From Pelomyxa schiedti (taxonomy: Eukaryota; Protista; Evosea): a stretch of DNA of 64,000 nt. Where the stretch lies: assembly GCA_020536535.1 (NCBI GenBank), contig JAHLWZ010000625.1:20201-84200 (forward strand), given 5' to 3'. The translations under genes and the position numbers were made by a program. Positions 1-10,267 of this stretch are shown in pieces; the stretch's first letter is position 1, and the number at the start of each line of letters is the position of its first letter. Under the pieces are notes generated by a model. That model searched no databases. It saw nothing but the letters and a program-made list of their open reading frames with translations, and was not told where the DNA came from.

Positions 1-2652
1 CAAGGGCAGAGAGAGTGCCTACATGCCTATCCTATAATATGACACAGCAACCTCCACACATCCATCTCTGACATGCCGTGAAACCTAGCAAAACGAGTTT
101 TTACCACTCACATGACGAGAAGCCGCTTTTCCCCTATCAGTTGTCCCCTGAGTGCTACTTCTTCCAGAGAAGATCTCTTTACCGAAATGTGGTGGATTTC
201 CCAGAGAAGGAATTCAATTGCCCTTTGCTCATAGCAATTCTGCTCAGAGGTGGAAACGTTAACAGCACTATTGGCAGGTCTCTCGATTTGATAAAGACGA
301 AAAGCATGAGCCAGGCTATTGGGAATCTTAATGTGACTTATATTTGGAGGCAAGACAGTTTCTGTATGGCAATTGAACAAGATGGGTTTCGCACAGATAT
401 CTAAGGGAGACTTATAAGTCTTCACATCGATGAACAAAGCAAACCTGTGCAAGTCGAATACCAGACTTCCAAAATGAGAAAATGCAGTGGATGTAGTATT
501 GGATTCCACGTGTTTTAGTTCACACTTGCCTTTGCTACTACAGTCCAGCATATAGTCAACGCGGGATATGCATAGTTCGATTTCCTGTGGTTTTTTTGAA
601 GTAAGGGAATACTCTGTAATAAACAGTGAAGCACCTGAGAGCTCGGGTGCCCATTGATGTAACTGTGAATAGATAAAAGTCGTTGAATCAAGGAATCATC
701 GTGACATCTGTAATTGTTTTAAAAGCCAGGCTCAATTCTTCAACACTCACTTCTGAAGCACTCCTGTAATAAATGAAGGAACTGCACAAATAGAGTGAAA
801 CAGTCTGTTGAATATCATTGCAAGACTTTGGGCTTTTTCGAACATTTTCCTTGGCCATGGGAAGGGTGACAAAGAGTAAGGTGCACTGTGAATCCCTACT
901 TTGATGTCCCTTGATTTGCCCATCATAAACAGGCCATGAGTCACCGACCAGGAAGATGCTGTCAGTACAGAAGTACTGAAGAATGGGTGCGAACCAAAAC
1001 TTGCATCAAGGGAGACGGTAACATTACATAAAGCTGATGCAATTTGTGCTGTGTGACGATACTTTGATAACGCACTTTCAGAGGTTTCCCCAATGCAACA
1101 TACTTGGATACTCAAGTGCTCCCGCTGTGGGCATAACAGAACCACTCCAGTTCCATTCGTTTCCGAGGAAAGTGACAGATTTTGTGCCTTCATTGCGAAA
1201 ATGAAATCACCAATAGGAAACCGTTGAGGAATCTTTACAGTGGCCAGCAGGCACCACCGCGCATTACATGTGCCCCCAACAACGCAGTTGATCTGTCCAA
1301 GTGAAGTATACACGTATTCACATCCACAAAGCACTCAGGATAAAGGGTGCCTGCAAAAATCACCAGTCAACCCACAGCACAATCTTATCCCAATCACATA
1401 GAGTTCTTTCCTCATAAAGAAGCAATAGCGACAAATGTTCAAGTCTTTCGGAAGTATAGGTTCCAAGAGTGATGAATAATGATATAACATTGAATGCCAT
1501 TTCTTGTATTTTCGAAGAGAGACAAAAGAGATTTGTTATGATCGTTTTTCAGATGATCCTTGGTCAAAAAGGAGCACGTCCTCTCAACAGTGCTGCTTAG
1601 ATTGTTTTTGTTTTGAATGAAAGTCTTCACTCCAGGAACTTTACCTTGGAGAAGGAAGATTCCGATGCAGTCCGCCACTGGATTCATTTTATACTCGTCA
1701 GGTAAGTCTGAGAATAGCCATTGCTTTCCTTTGTATTTAGCAAGTATGCACCTCCCCACAGACTTGATGTGCGACACTTTCAGACTATGGGAAGAAAGGT
1801 AGGGTGGCACAGGGTGGGTTGGCATCAAATAAGTCCAGCACTCTGAAAACGGTCGTCTGATTTCAGAAGCTTCAGGGTGGAGTTGAATGTATCGGTGTAG
1901 AAGCTGACACATTTGAAATGTGTCTATTTGACAACTAAATCCGCAATCTATCTTCAGGCATGTCTAAGGAAAATATGTGTGTTGTTATTTTATTTTATAT
2001 TTCAGAAGAGTTGCAACTGTTCAAAGCTCTGTCAAGCGGAGCAGACTTGGGAATTTCTTCCTCAAAAATTGTTTTCAACCTTCAAGTTATTTATTTCTTG
2101 TCTATGAAGTATAAAGGAGAATTACTTTGCTATCTCCAGTGTACAGAGCGTGTTCAATCGGCATTACACTGTTGGAGTCAATGACAGTGTAATTCACAAG
2201 AAGGATCGTATCACCTGTAAACGTGTAAAAAATCGCCAAAAATGAGCTGCCCTACAACCTTTCGCATGGCTGTTTTGACTTCCTCAACGTACTCGTTGTT
2301 CATTATCCCCCCTGAAATCACCAACACAGCGCACTGAGGTTGTTGGGTTGCTCCGTCACAGAGTCCAAGGTGAAAAGTTGAGCCACAGCCACCCGGTTCT
2401 CCATTGGATATCCTTCACCCATAGAGCTTCGCAACTTCTTCTCTTGGAATACGGTACAAAAGTGGAAAGAAGTTCTTTGTTTGGTGCTTGTTGGAACTGT
2501 ATCTACGTTGGTCCCATATATGCAACATTTACAGTGATGTTAGAAACTGATTTCCTGGGTATCTTTTCTCCTTGCCTTGTGCCAAGAACCTCAATCAAGG
2601 TCGCGAGTTGGTGGTACACTTTTGCATATCAGTGCCACCAAAGATACCCCAT
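1..2652 (-). CDS. GSS: Eukaryotic-type glutathione synthetase with a long N-terminal extension (probably Pgm1/IQCH-like); multi-exon, 3' end runs off the window, 5' end approximate
   Basis: Spliced translation gives GSS motifs in order: SWSVTHGL..APYSLSPFPWPRKMFEKA...IFNRLF; LCISRVDYMLD; ELKHVESNTTSTAF; EQNCYEQRAIEFLL; DGCVEVAVSYYRIG. ORF 747-1334 links the GSS N-terminus in frame to upstream non-GSS sequence. Confidence 0.8.
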
Positions 2653-2942
2653 TTTCCAAAACGGAAACGGTCGGTCGTTACGGAAAAAAAAAAGGGTTGA
2701 CACAGAAAAAAACCTCGACGGGCAGCCGACAACGGACAATTTGGGGCAGGGCGGTACCCTCCAACGTGAACGCGTGCTGCTGTTGTTTATCAACGGCAAC
2801 ACTCAGTCGTTCCCCTTTTATGGTTCGCAGCGACACTGGAAAAAAAATCATAATTGGCTGAATAAAATAATCAACAGACCGGAACGCTGTCATTTTCTGC
2901 CAATTGATAATTGCGAACTTGCCAGTTCGTTGAACGAAACTC

Positions 2943-5016
2943 ATGGCAACGACACCAACCAAGGCGGGGCGCGCCCTCATTACTGGACCGGTGGGAGTGG
3001 GAAAAACTACTCTCATCGAATCGTAGGCTTTTTCGTCATTTAAGAAAAATGAGTATATATTTTTCCCTGTTTCTCTTACTCGTTTTCAGGTACTGCAGTG
3101 GGTGCTGGCGAGAATATTCATACGAGGGATCACTAGAGCCCTGTGTGTGTATTTAACCTAATTTGTTTCCGCTTCCCCTTTTTCCCTTAACGAAACCAAA
3201 AAGTGGAGGAAACAAGTTACGGTTGGGAGTACTGCAGTGATATTGGATTTGGAGGAGAGGTTATTGCTCCACCAAGTTTATATCTTGCTCTCTAAACACA
3301 ACTAAAGTTATGGACAAGAGGAGTTCTCAGCAATGCGAGAGATGCTGTATGTTTGCTTGGTCTGGTTCTTTTGTTGAGAACCTCATCTTTGTGATTTAGT
3401 TTCAGAAGAGCAAATGTTATTTTGATTTGTTTCTCCGTTGCGGACAGGGATTCTTTTGTTGAGGCAATAGATACTTTTTATCCAATGGTAGATAGAATTT
3501 TGGAAGAACAGGTTTCCCTTTGTTTCCTGTAGTTGTTTTCACCCTCACATCTCTCAAGAGGCTGCTTTTTCTTGTTGGCTTAAAGTTAGACCTTGTTGGC
3601 ACATCAGGTGCTTGGTTTTGTTTTCCGTAGTTTTGTTTCCTTAGTCAGTTGTTACTGAAGGCCCTTTTGTTACATTTCAGGAAGGGATTTCAGCAGCCAT
3701 TAAAATTCAGGCCTATGGTTATTTTCAATGCAGGTTGAATTCAACATTGTTGGGATCTTCTGATGGATAGCTAGTTCAAAGAAGTATATTGGCTTGAATC
3801 ACCTGTTCGACGAAGTGGCAAAGGCTGGTCTGTTCTCTACTGAGTCAGATACAAAAGTCTCAAAGAAATCTGGATTTTTTGGGTTCTTCTCAAGAAAATC
3901 CAGCAATGTACCCAAAGTAAACCGTGGTATTGTCTTCCCTATTTCCGGGTATGTATTCTCCGTAAAACAGCAACGTTAACACTTTATATAGTAAAATTAA
4001 AACCCAAAGATCCTTGGCTATTCTTCCAAAAGAAGTCTGGTTGTGTACGGAATACTTGCTGGTAAAATAGGCATAACAACTATTATTAGATATCCTGGAA
4101 TACCTTGACTTTATTTCACTCATCCGATTATCTCGTACCTGTAAGCAACTCTATCACCTCGCAAAAACAGAGCCAATATGGTCAAATGCATCCGCCAGGC
4201 CATGGAGTTACCCAGGTCTCATCAAAGAGCAGAGTTGGAACAACACAAAATTTTCCTGGAACCCTGCCATGTGCTTTCCTGATTATGTTCCTCCCTCACC
4301 AAGGAGAGTGAGTATCCTGTCCTCACCTTTTCTTCTTTCCTAAAACGTACAAAAGTCGAGTTCTCCTGTTTGCTTTGGCCCAAATTCCACAATCAAGATG
4401 TCCAATGGCAAAGAGTGCCGAATGAAAGATATTGCTGTTGGGGATCAAGTTGAGTACCACCTCATTGGAAATGAAATGAATTTGTACAAGTCATTCGGCA
4501 CTATTCGTTGCATTTGGAAGTATGACTTTTCACTGTACGTCTAAATTCCTAACGCAATTGTACAGATGTTCAATGCCAAAACCAACAAAAATGGTTGTTA
4601 CAAAAAAGAAAACCCCAGAAGGAACAGAATCCATTCTCGAAATCACCCTTGATCACCCAGTGCTTCAAGATTCCCTGACCAACAAATGGTGCATGCCGGC
4701 ATCTATTCTCGGCGATCCTCACTTTTTCGACATTGACTGTGTTTACAACCTAGTTGTGGATTCAGCTCCATCACCACTACAAACTCAAAGTCAACAACAA
4801 GAATCCCGGGAACCTGAACAGCCACACACAGAAGTGGTTCAAAGTCAGCCAGAGCCGCAGAGAGGAGGGGTTGTTGTTGGAGGACATGTGTGTTGCACCC
4901 TTGGAATGAATGTTCCAGGTCTGGAGGATTCATTCTGGGGAACTGAATGTGTTGTTAAGTGGCTTGAGAAGAGGCCAGACTTCCCAAATGTACACACATA
5001 TTGTGCTGGGGACTGA
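2943..5016 (+). CDS. Atypical Rho/Rac-like small GTPase - F-box - Hint (Vint-type) fusion protein
   Basis: GT-AG spliced reading frame from ATG 2943: P-loop GPVGVGKT; WRKQVTVGSTAVILDLEESYGQEEFSAMRE; ILICFSV; LVGLKLDL; YFQCSS...LFDEVAKA. Then F-box LAILPKEVWLYILEYLDFISLIRLSRTCKQLYHLA..EPIW. Then Hint CFGPNSTIKMSNGKECRMKDIAVGDQV (Cys codon 4371), ITLDHPV, VYNLVVD, GHVCCTLG..FWGT..V..WL. Stop at 5014-5016. Confidence 0.85.
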
Positions 5017-5100
5017 GGTCGAGTTTCACTTCGTACAAACCATGGGAATGTAAATTGTCAGTACCAAAAAATATGGGTATTGTATATTTGTGTTATTTAT

Positions 5101-6342
5101 TTATGAACTGCAGACAGAGTCTGTAACAGAAACGAGGTAGGCCGTTGGGAGTGGTTCTGTGCGGGTGTCATTCCATAGACGGGCTCTCAGAATGAGGGAA
5201 CCGGTGGGGGCATCCAGTAACCAAACTTCCAACTGGTTGTCTGCATTTTGTTGTGCTTCCAGAATGAAGGAACCCTGGATTGAGTGGCCACCACCTATTT
5301 CCTGCACAAAGCAGGGGGATTCCAGGCTGTTGGCATTGTACACCTCAAGTGGATTATCGCCAAAGAATTCGCTGGTAGCGGTAATTGCAAAGTGTGAGTT
5401 ATCCATAGCGTAGTAATGATACCCCTGCAGTGGGATTGTTTGGGAAACAACCCGAGACGAAAAGGGAGACGAGAATCTCAGCACGCCAGAATCGGGCACA
5501 GGTAATAGCACGCGGTCTTCAATTGCAGGAATTCCAGGAGAGAGCACAAGCACTGATCTGGCAGTGAATGCACCTATATCTAATTGGGTTCTGTTTGTAT
5601 AAACCAGTGCGCATCCCTCACGTTGTTCTCGCAAGTCAGCAATTACAATTTCAGTCAAACATCCACCAGTCAGTGGATAGCCCATAAGAATGAGGTGGTT
5701 GGAGTCATAAATGAACCTTAACCAAAAGAATGACAGCACACCAGTGGGTTTCAGAATCTTCATGTGAGGCTCCACCACGCCCCACTCTTGTTCCTTGTTC
5801 ACTTTCCAAAGGTGAATGTCACCGCTTGGCTGCGTAGATATTGCAACCCACTTGGAACTGAAGTCAAAGCAACTGCATTTCTCATCACCACAGAGTAAGG
5901 TCCTTCTCGGAATCCCAGGGGTGTTTACATTCCTTAAACTTGGAATAGCAGAATATCCACCCCCATGCAGGATTTGAACACCGCAATTGATCCAACCCGC
6001 GATGCTATTATAGTCTTCTCCCGTTGATATGTATTTCCACCCAGTGACCCCCAATGTCAGAGACACGCCGAATGCAACATATTGCCATCCCGGACTGGCT
6101 CGTGACAATGCGACGGTAACCACAGTGCTGGTCGGAACCACCCAATTCCTGCCAATGGATTCGATCAAGTCGCGGGACAGGCAAGCGGCGCTGCTGCGCC
6201 AACCGCGATTACGCAGAGCGCAGCACGCAAAGGCAATGAATTGTGGGTGGGAGAACAGTACGTGGCCCTCAACCAACGAGTAGTGGTGCACGTAGTGGCC
6301 CTCGAAATTCCCCATTCCTCCTTTCGTGGCCCCTTGCCCCAT
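5101..6342 (-). CDS. Intronless lineage-specific family protein (N-terminal QFIAF...S..L motif, beta-rich C-terminus); possible N-myristoylation (MGQGAT)
   Basis: Long uninterrupted ORF; shares its N-terminal motif and a GVSLTLGV-type motif with the neighbour at 6399. Confidence 0.7.
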   Translation of the reverse strand: MGQGATKGGMGNFEGHYVHHYSLVEGHVLFSHPQFIAFACCALRNRGWRSSAACLSRDLIESIGRNWVVPTSTVVTVALSRASPGWQYVAFGVSLTLGVTGWKYISTGEDYNSIAGWINCGVQILHGGGYSAIPSLRNVNTPGIPRRTLLCGDEKCSCFDFSSKWVAISTQPSGDIHLWKVNKEQEWGVVEPHMKILKPTGVLSFFWLRFIYDSNHLILMGYPLTGGCLTEIVIADLREQREGCALVYTNRTQLDIGAFTARSVLVLSPGIPAIEDRVLLPVPDSGVLRFSSPFSSRVVSQTIPLQGYHYYAMDNSHFAITATSEFFGDNPLEVYNANSLESPCFVQEIGGGHSIQGSFILEAQQNADNQLEVWLLDAPTGSLILRARLWNDTRTEPLPTAYLVSVTDSVCSS

Positions 6343-6398
6343 CTCCTTGAAACGGTTTATGTTCAGGGAAATCTCGAAAAAGGATTTTGATTGATGTG

Positions 6399-7703
6399 AT
6401 GGCGACAATCACCAGTAGGGGTGGGACTGTGAGGATTGTTCTTAATGCACGTGAGCAGTTTGTTGCGTTTGCTCTTTCTTCTCATGTCAGGTGCGGGAGT
6501 GAAAGCCCTGCGCGGGTCATTTTTGCCTACGGCGGACCGCTTCTGCTTAGGTACATGTGGCGTCTCATGTCTGGTTTCAGGCAAACTAGCACTCACCGTT
6601 CAGAGGTAGGCTCATCGGATTTGGGCTCTGGGGAGACTGGCTTTGATTGCTGGAGAGATGGGAGGTGGTGGATAAAGTTCAAGTGCAGAACTGTTGCTCG
6701 GGCATACGAGGCGTGGGCTTGGCGTTGGTGCACGGCCTGGGTGTCACCTTTGTTGTTGGGTGTCATTGGTGATGTTGTGGTGGAGAGGGTGGAAGAGAAT
6801 ACGCAGGGTTTTACGAGATATGGAACAGGTGGGTGGGTTGACCCTGCGCATTTAGTTGGGGTAAGGTTGGAGCCTGATGGGGTGTTTAGTTATCTCAGGA
6901 ATTGTGTCACCGGCGAGCAAAAGCGCCTGTTCAAATGTGGGGATGACACTCTGGCTCAGGAGGTTGCCGGTGGGAAGTGGCTGGTCTGGTGGGGCTCTGA
7001 TGGTGATTCTGACAAATTGGTTATTGTTGACCTGTGGGATCCACGGCCGGAGGAAACCCGCGTAGATTTTCACATCGCTCCAAGAGGGGATGGGAGTCAT
7101 ATGGAAGATAATGCGGCGCTTATAGCAAATAGGTGGGTGTTGGATCGTATAGTGATTTTGACTGTTCCGGAACGGAATGTGCTGGAATTGAGAGAAATTG
7201 ACTTGCCGCTCACACGGGCAACGAATTATATTGTTACAACAGGTATGACAAGGTGTGGGCCAATACAGGAGATGAAGAGTGTGTCAAAAGTGCTATTTTT
7301 CAAGAACTCCTGGGGAATGGAAGCAAATTCATTCATTGGTTTGATTACAACTGATAATGAGGCACAAAGAAGTACTGTAATAAAAATTGATTCCACTGGG
7401 CAGATAGAAAATCTGGAAGTTGGAAAGCGGCTCTCTTTGAGTCAGCTCAACAAATCCCTGTTCGGGGTTGTCAAGAGCAACCTAAAGCATCAAAGGATAC
7501 AGTTCGAAATCTGGGATACAAACAACACAAAAGGTCCGTGGAGAGTGATTCAACTGAATGACCACCAGAGCCTGACCACAGGTGCTGATGGGTTTATTTA
7601 TCAGATTGATTCTAACCCCCAGTGGCAACACCGTATTAGTGTTATCGAGGCAAGTTCCGGTGTTGTTGTTTTTACCATAGAGCACCACTTTTTGTCGTTG
7701 TAA
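6399..7703 (+). CDS. Intronless lineage-specific family protein, paralog-like to 5101-6342
   Basis: 434-codon ORF with AREQFVAFALSSHVRCGSESPAR and WVSPLLLGV motifs and a beta-strand-rich C-terminal region. Confidence 0.75.
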   Translation: MATITSRGGTVRIVLNAREQFVAFALSSHVRCGSESPARVIFAYGGPLLLRYMWRLMSGFRQTSTHRSEVGSSDLGSGETGFDCWRDGRWWIKFKCRTVARAYEAWAWRWCTAWVSPLLLGVIGDVVVERVEENTQGFTRYGTGGWVDPAHLVGVRLEPDGVFSYLRNCVTGEQKRLFKCGDDTLAQEVAGGKWLVWWGSDGDSDKLVIVDLWDPRPEETRVDFHIAPRGDGSHMEDNAALIANRWVLDRIVILTVPERNVLELREIDLPLTRATNYIVTTGMTRCGPIQEMKSVSKVLFFKNSWGMEANSFIGLITTDNEAQRSTVIKIDSTGQIENLEVGKRLSLSQLNKSLFGVVKSNLKHQRIQFEIWDTNNTKGPWRVIQLNDHQSLTTGADGFIYQIDSNPQWQHRISVIEASSGVVVFTIEHHFLSL

Positions 7704-7987
7704 TTTACAGACAAGCAAAAAGAAAGCTATTTTATTTGGGTCCATGATGCTCTCAAGAATCGTTAGTATCAACCAAAGTTGGGTTCCTCTGGAGCATGGA
7801 ATTGTGGGCAGGATGGGGAACCGACCCAGCTCAATCATCATCAGAGAAAGACAGTGGCAGTGGCACAAAAAAATTTCTTTCAGAGGTGCTTGTGTATGAT
7901 GGTCAGACAGGTGCCGCGCCGCTCATGAAAAACCCGTTGAAACTGTTTTCTGTGTTTCCGGACATGAAATATCTCCAATAATAATAA

Positions 7988-10137
7988 ATGGACAGAAGGA
8001 GGCTCGACGCCGACCGCGTGTTGTGTATATCGCGAATTGTGTGGGAGTGCACCCTTAAGTGTCGCCACCTCCCACATCGAACAACTGACGAAGAAGTCTT
8101 CGACTCTGCCGTATCGCTAATGGCAGTGGCTGAAGCTCTGTTTCCCCTCGTGGCACTGGCCTGCAAGAAAGTATCCTCAGAGAATCCCTCTCAAAGCACA
8201 TACTTTTCACTCGAGTGCGCCGGCGCGGCCGGCAGCCGAGCGTGCGTGACGTGGATTCTATCCCATAAGCCCCACAGAGCCATCAACAAGGAATGCCTTG
8301 CGGTGCTGTGGGGACTGTGCGGCGGCGGCCATTTGGAGCTCGCTATGAAACTGGCCGGCTCCCGGCGCGGTTCCAATCTTCCACCCGTTTCTATTGGCGG
8401 TGAGACCGGGACTGAGAATGTAGATAATGGGAGCAATAGGAGTGAGACTGAGGGGTGGGCTGGATTGAAGTGGTGCGGGGATGATGATGATGAATTTGTC
8501 CAGGAAGTGAGGAGTATAGGGAACCTGAACAAATTCGGTTTTTGTTCACTTCTACACAATGTGTGCGGAAATGGGCACCTTGACGTGGCCAAGTGGGTGG
8601 TTTCTAGGTTTGGAATGAAGGAGCCTTGGGAATTTGCTGATTCACTTGCGAGAGCTTTGCATATGGGACAACTTGAAGTGGCACAGTGGCTGATTGACAC
8701 GGTTCCCTTGAAGGACCTTCAGAACTCCAAGCATGCTGACTTGCTGTGGTGTGCGTGTCACAGTGGGAAAGTAGAAGTTGCTGAATGGTTAGAAGCAAAC
8801 TTTCCCGACGCTGTAGAGGCCCGCAGTTCTTCCACAATTTGGTGGTTTACCAGACAGAAAAATATAACAAACACTAACCTTATCAAAATGAGCCAGTGGC
8901 TCGAAGACCGGTCAATTTCCAAAGCAGACCTACAGTCAATTTACAATGAGGAAGTCGTCAAATGGGCAGTTGACTTTTATGGAATCACTGTAGCAGAAAA
9001 TGATTTAATCCATTCAGTGGACTTGGGGAATTTATGCCTTACCAAGTGGTATGTTTTAGAGAAGAATGTCTCTCCAACACCAGCTGTGTTTATTGCAGCT
9101 TGTGGCAACTTTGTTGATGAAGTTCCTGTTGTTCGGTGGTTATCAACTAGGCTTTCTTTTCCACTAACACAACAATACCTTCGCCATGCTCTCTTCCAGT
9201 CACTGAGATCAGGAAACATCAGGATTGCAAATTGGTTGGAAGAAAATTTCCGCATTACGAGTCAGGATAATGATTTTATGACATCCCCAACGACAACTAT
9301 AGGAGAGCTATGCAAAGAAGCGGGGGCTGATGGAGCAGAGAAAGGTATCAAGTGGTTCCTCCAGCACAGCACAAAGGGGATTTTATGGTGTGAAGAGGAG
9401 GCGGCTCGAATTCTCGAAATCTCCCTTAGGAAAAATGAGGCACCAGTGCAACTACTTCTGCTTGACACCTTTGGCCCAGCAGTTTTTCCGTACAACAAAC
9501 ACCGGGACCTCATGAAAAGGATACTGAGAGAAACAGTTTTCTGTGGACTTCCAAAAATACAGAGCCTGATTTCCACTGTTGGACCAGACTTCTTCACCAA
9601 AGCCGAAGTGGCAGAGTCCCTCACAAATGATAACAGAGAAATTTCCAGTAAATCTGCCAAGTGGCTTATAACTCAGTTTGGACTTGCTAAAGAGCATGTT
9701 ACACGAAATAACCACATTTTATTGTGGAGCATGCTATCTCACCGGCACAACAAATGTGCGGAGTGGCTCATCCGGACATTTAATATCTGTCTCCGAGAGG
9801 TTTTGAGTCTCAACATCGAGATGCAAATTAATCCCAACAATAGATGCACTCCCCACCAGTAAACATCTTGTGGGGCAACGTTGTCTCCACGGACTTGGAG
9901 ACATGGAAAGTGCTACTGAGAGTATTCCCAACAGAACTGACCCCACAAATCGTCAAGAAACGCTTCTCGAAGTTCGTTATTGCATCTCCCATAACAGCTC
10001 AGTTCGTAATGCAGCATTTCCCCGGTGCCATCACAACCGAGGAAATCAGCCAAGCATCCTCCTCTTGCCCCTTCCATTTTGTCACTCTGGAGACCTGTTG
10101 CTGGGTGAATTCCCTTCGTTCTTCCCCTGGTTCTTGA
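7988..10137 (+). CDS. Ankyrin-like helical repeat protein of an expanded family
   Basis: Degenerate ankyrin-like units (LCGGGHLELA, VCGNGHLDVAKWV, ACHSGKVEVAEWL, LRSGNIRIANWL). ORFs 7988-9862 and 9844-10137 can be joined by a 44-nt GT-AG intron ending at 9843. Confidence 0.75.
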
Positions 10138-10267
10138 TTCCCAAAACAAACAAAATTAAATGTGGCAGTTTGCGTTGTTGATTCTCAATCTATTACTTCA
10201 ATTCCCAGTGTTGGAATTCTTCGGCTAAAACAGTTTCGTATCGAGCCGCACCCGCACGAAACAGAAA

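Noticed and set aside
1330-2445. In-frame TGA codons in the GSS-fusion gene suggesting readthrough, selenocysteine or a variant code
   Set aside because: The TGA near 2416 lies in a plausible 45-nt GT-AG intron, and the one near 1336 can also be spliced out. Other genes here use TGA as a normal stop, and tRNA-Gln has an ordinary TTG anticodon.
3145-3203. CCTTAAC branch-like motif in intron 2 of the Rho-F-box-Hint gene
   Set aside because: The donor is GTGTGT, not RTATCC, so I treat it as U2-type.
9800-9862. Apparent frameshift in the ankyrin-like gene (a similar case occurs near 41170-41222)
   Set aside because: A frame-restoring GT-AG intron of typical size exists in both cases.
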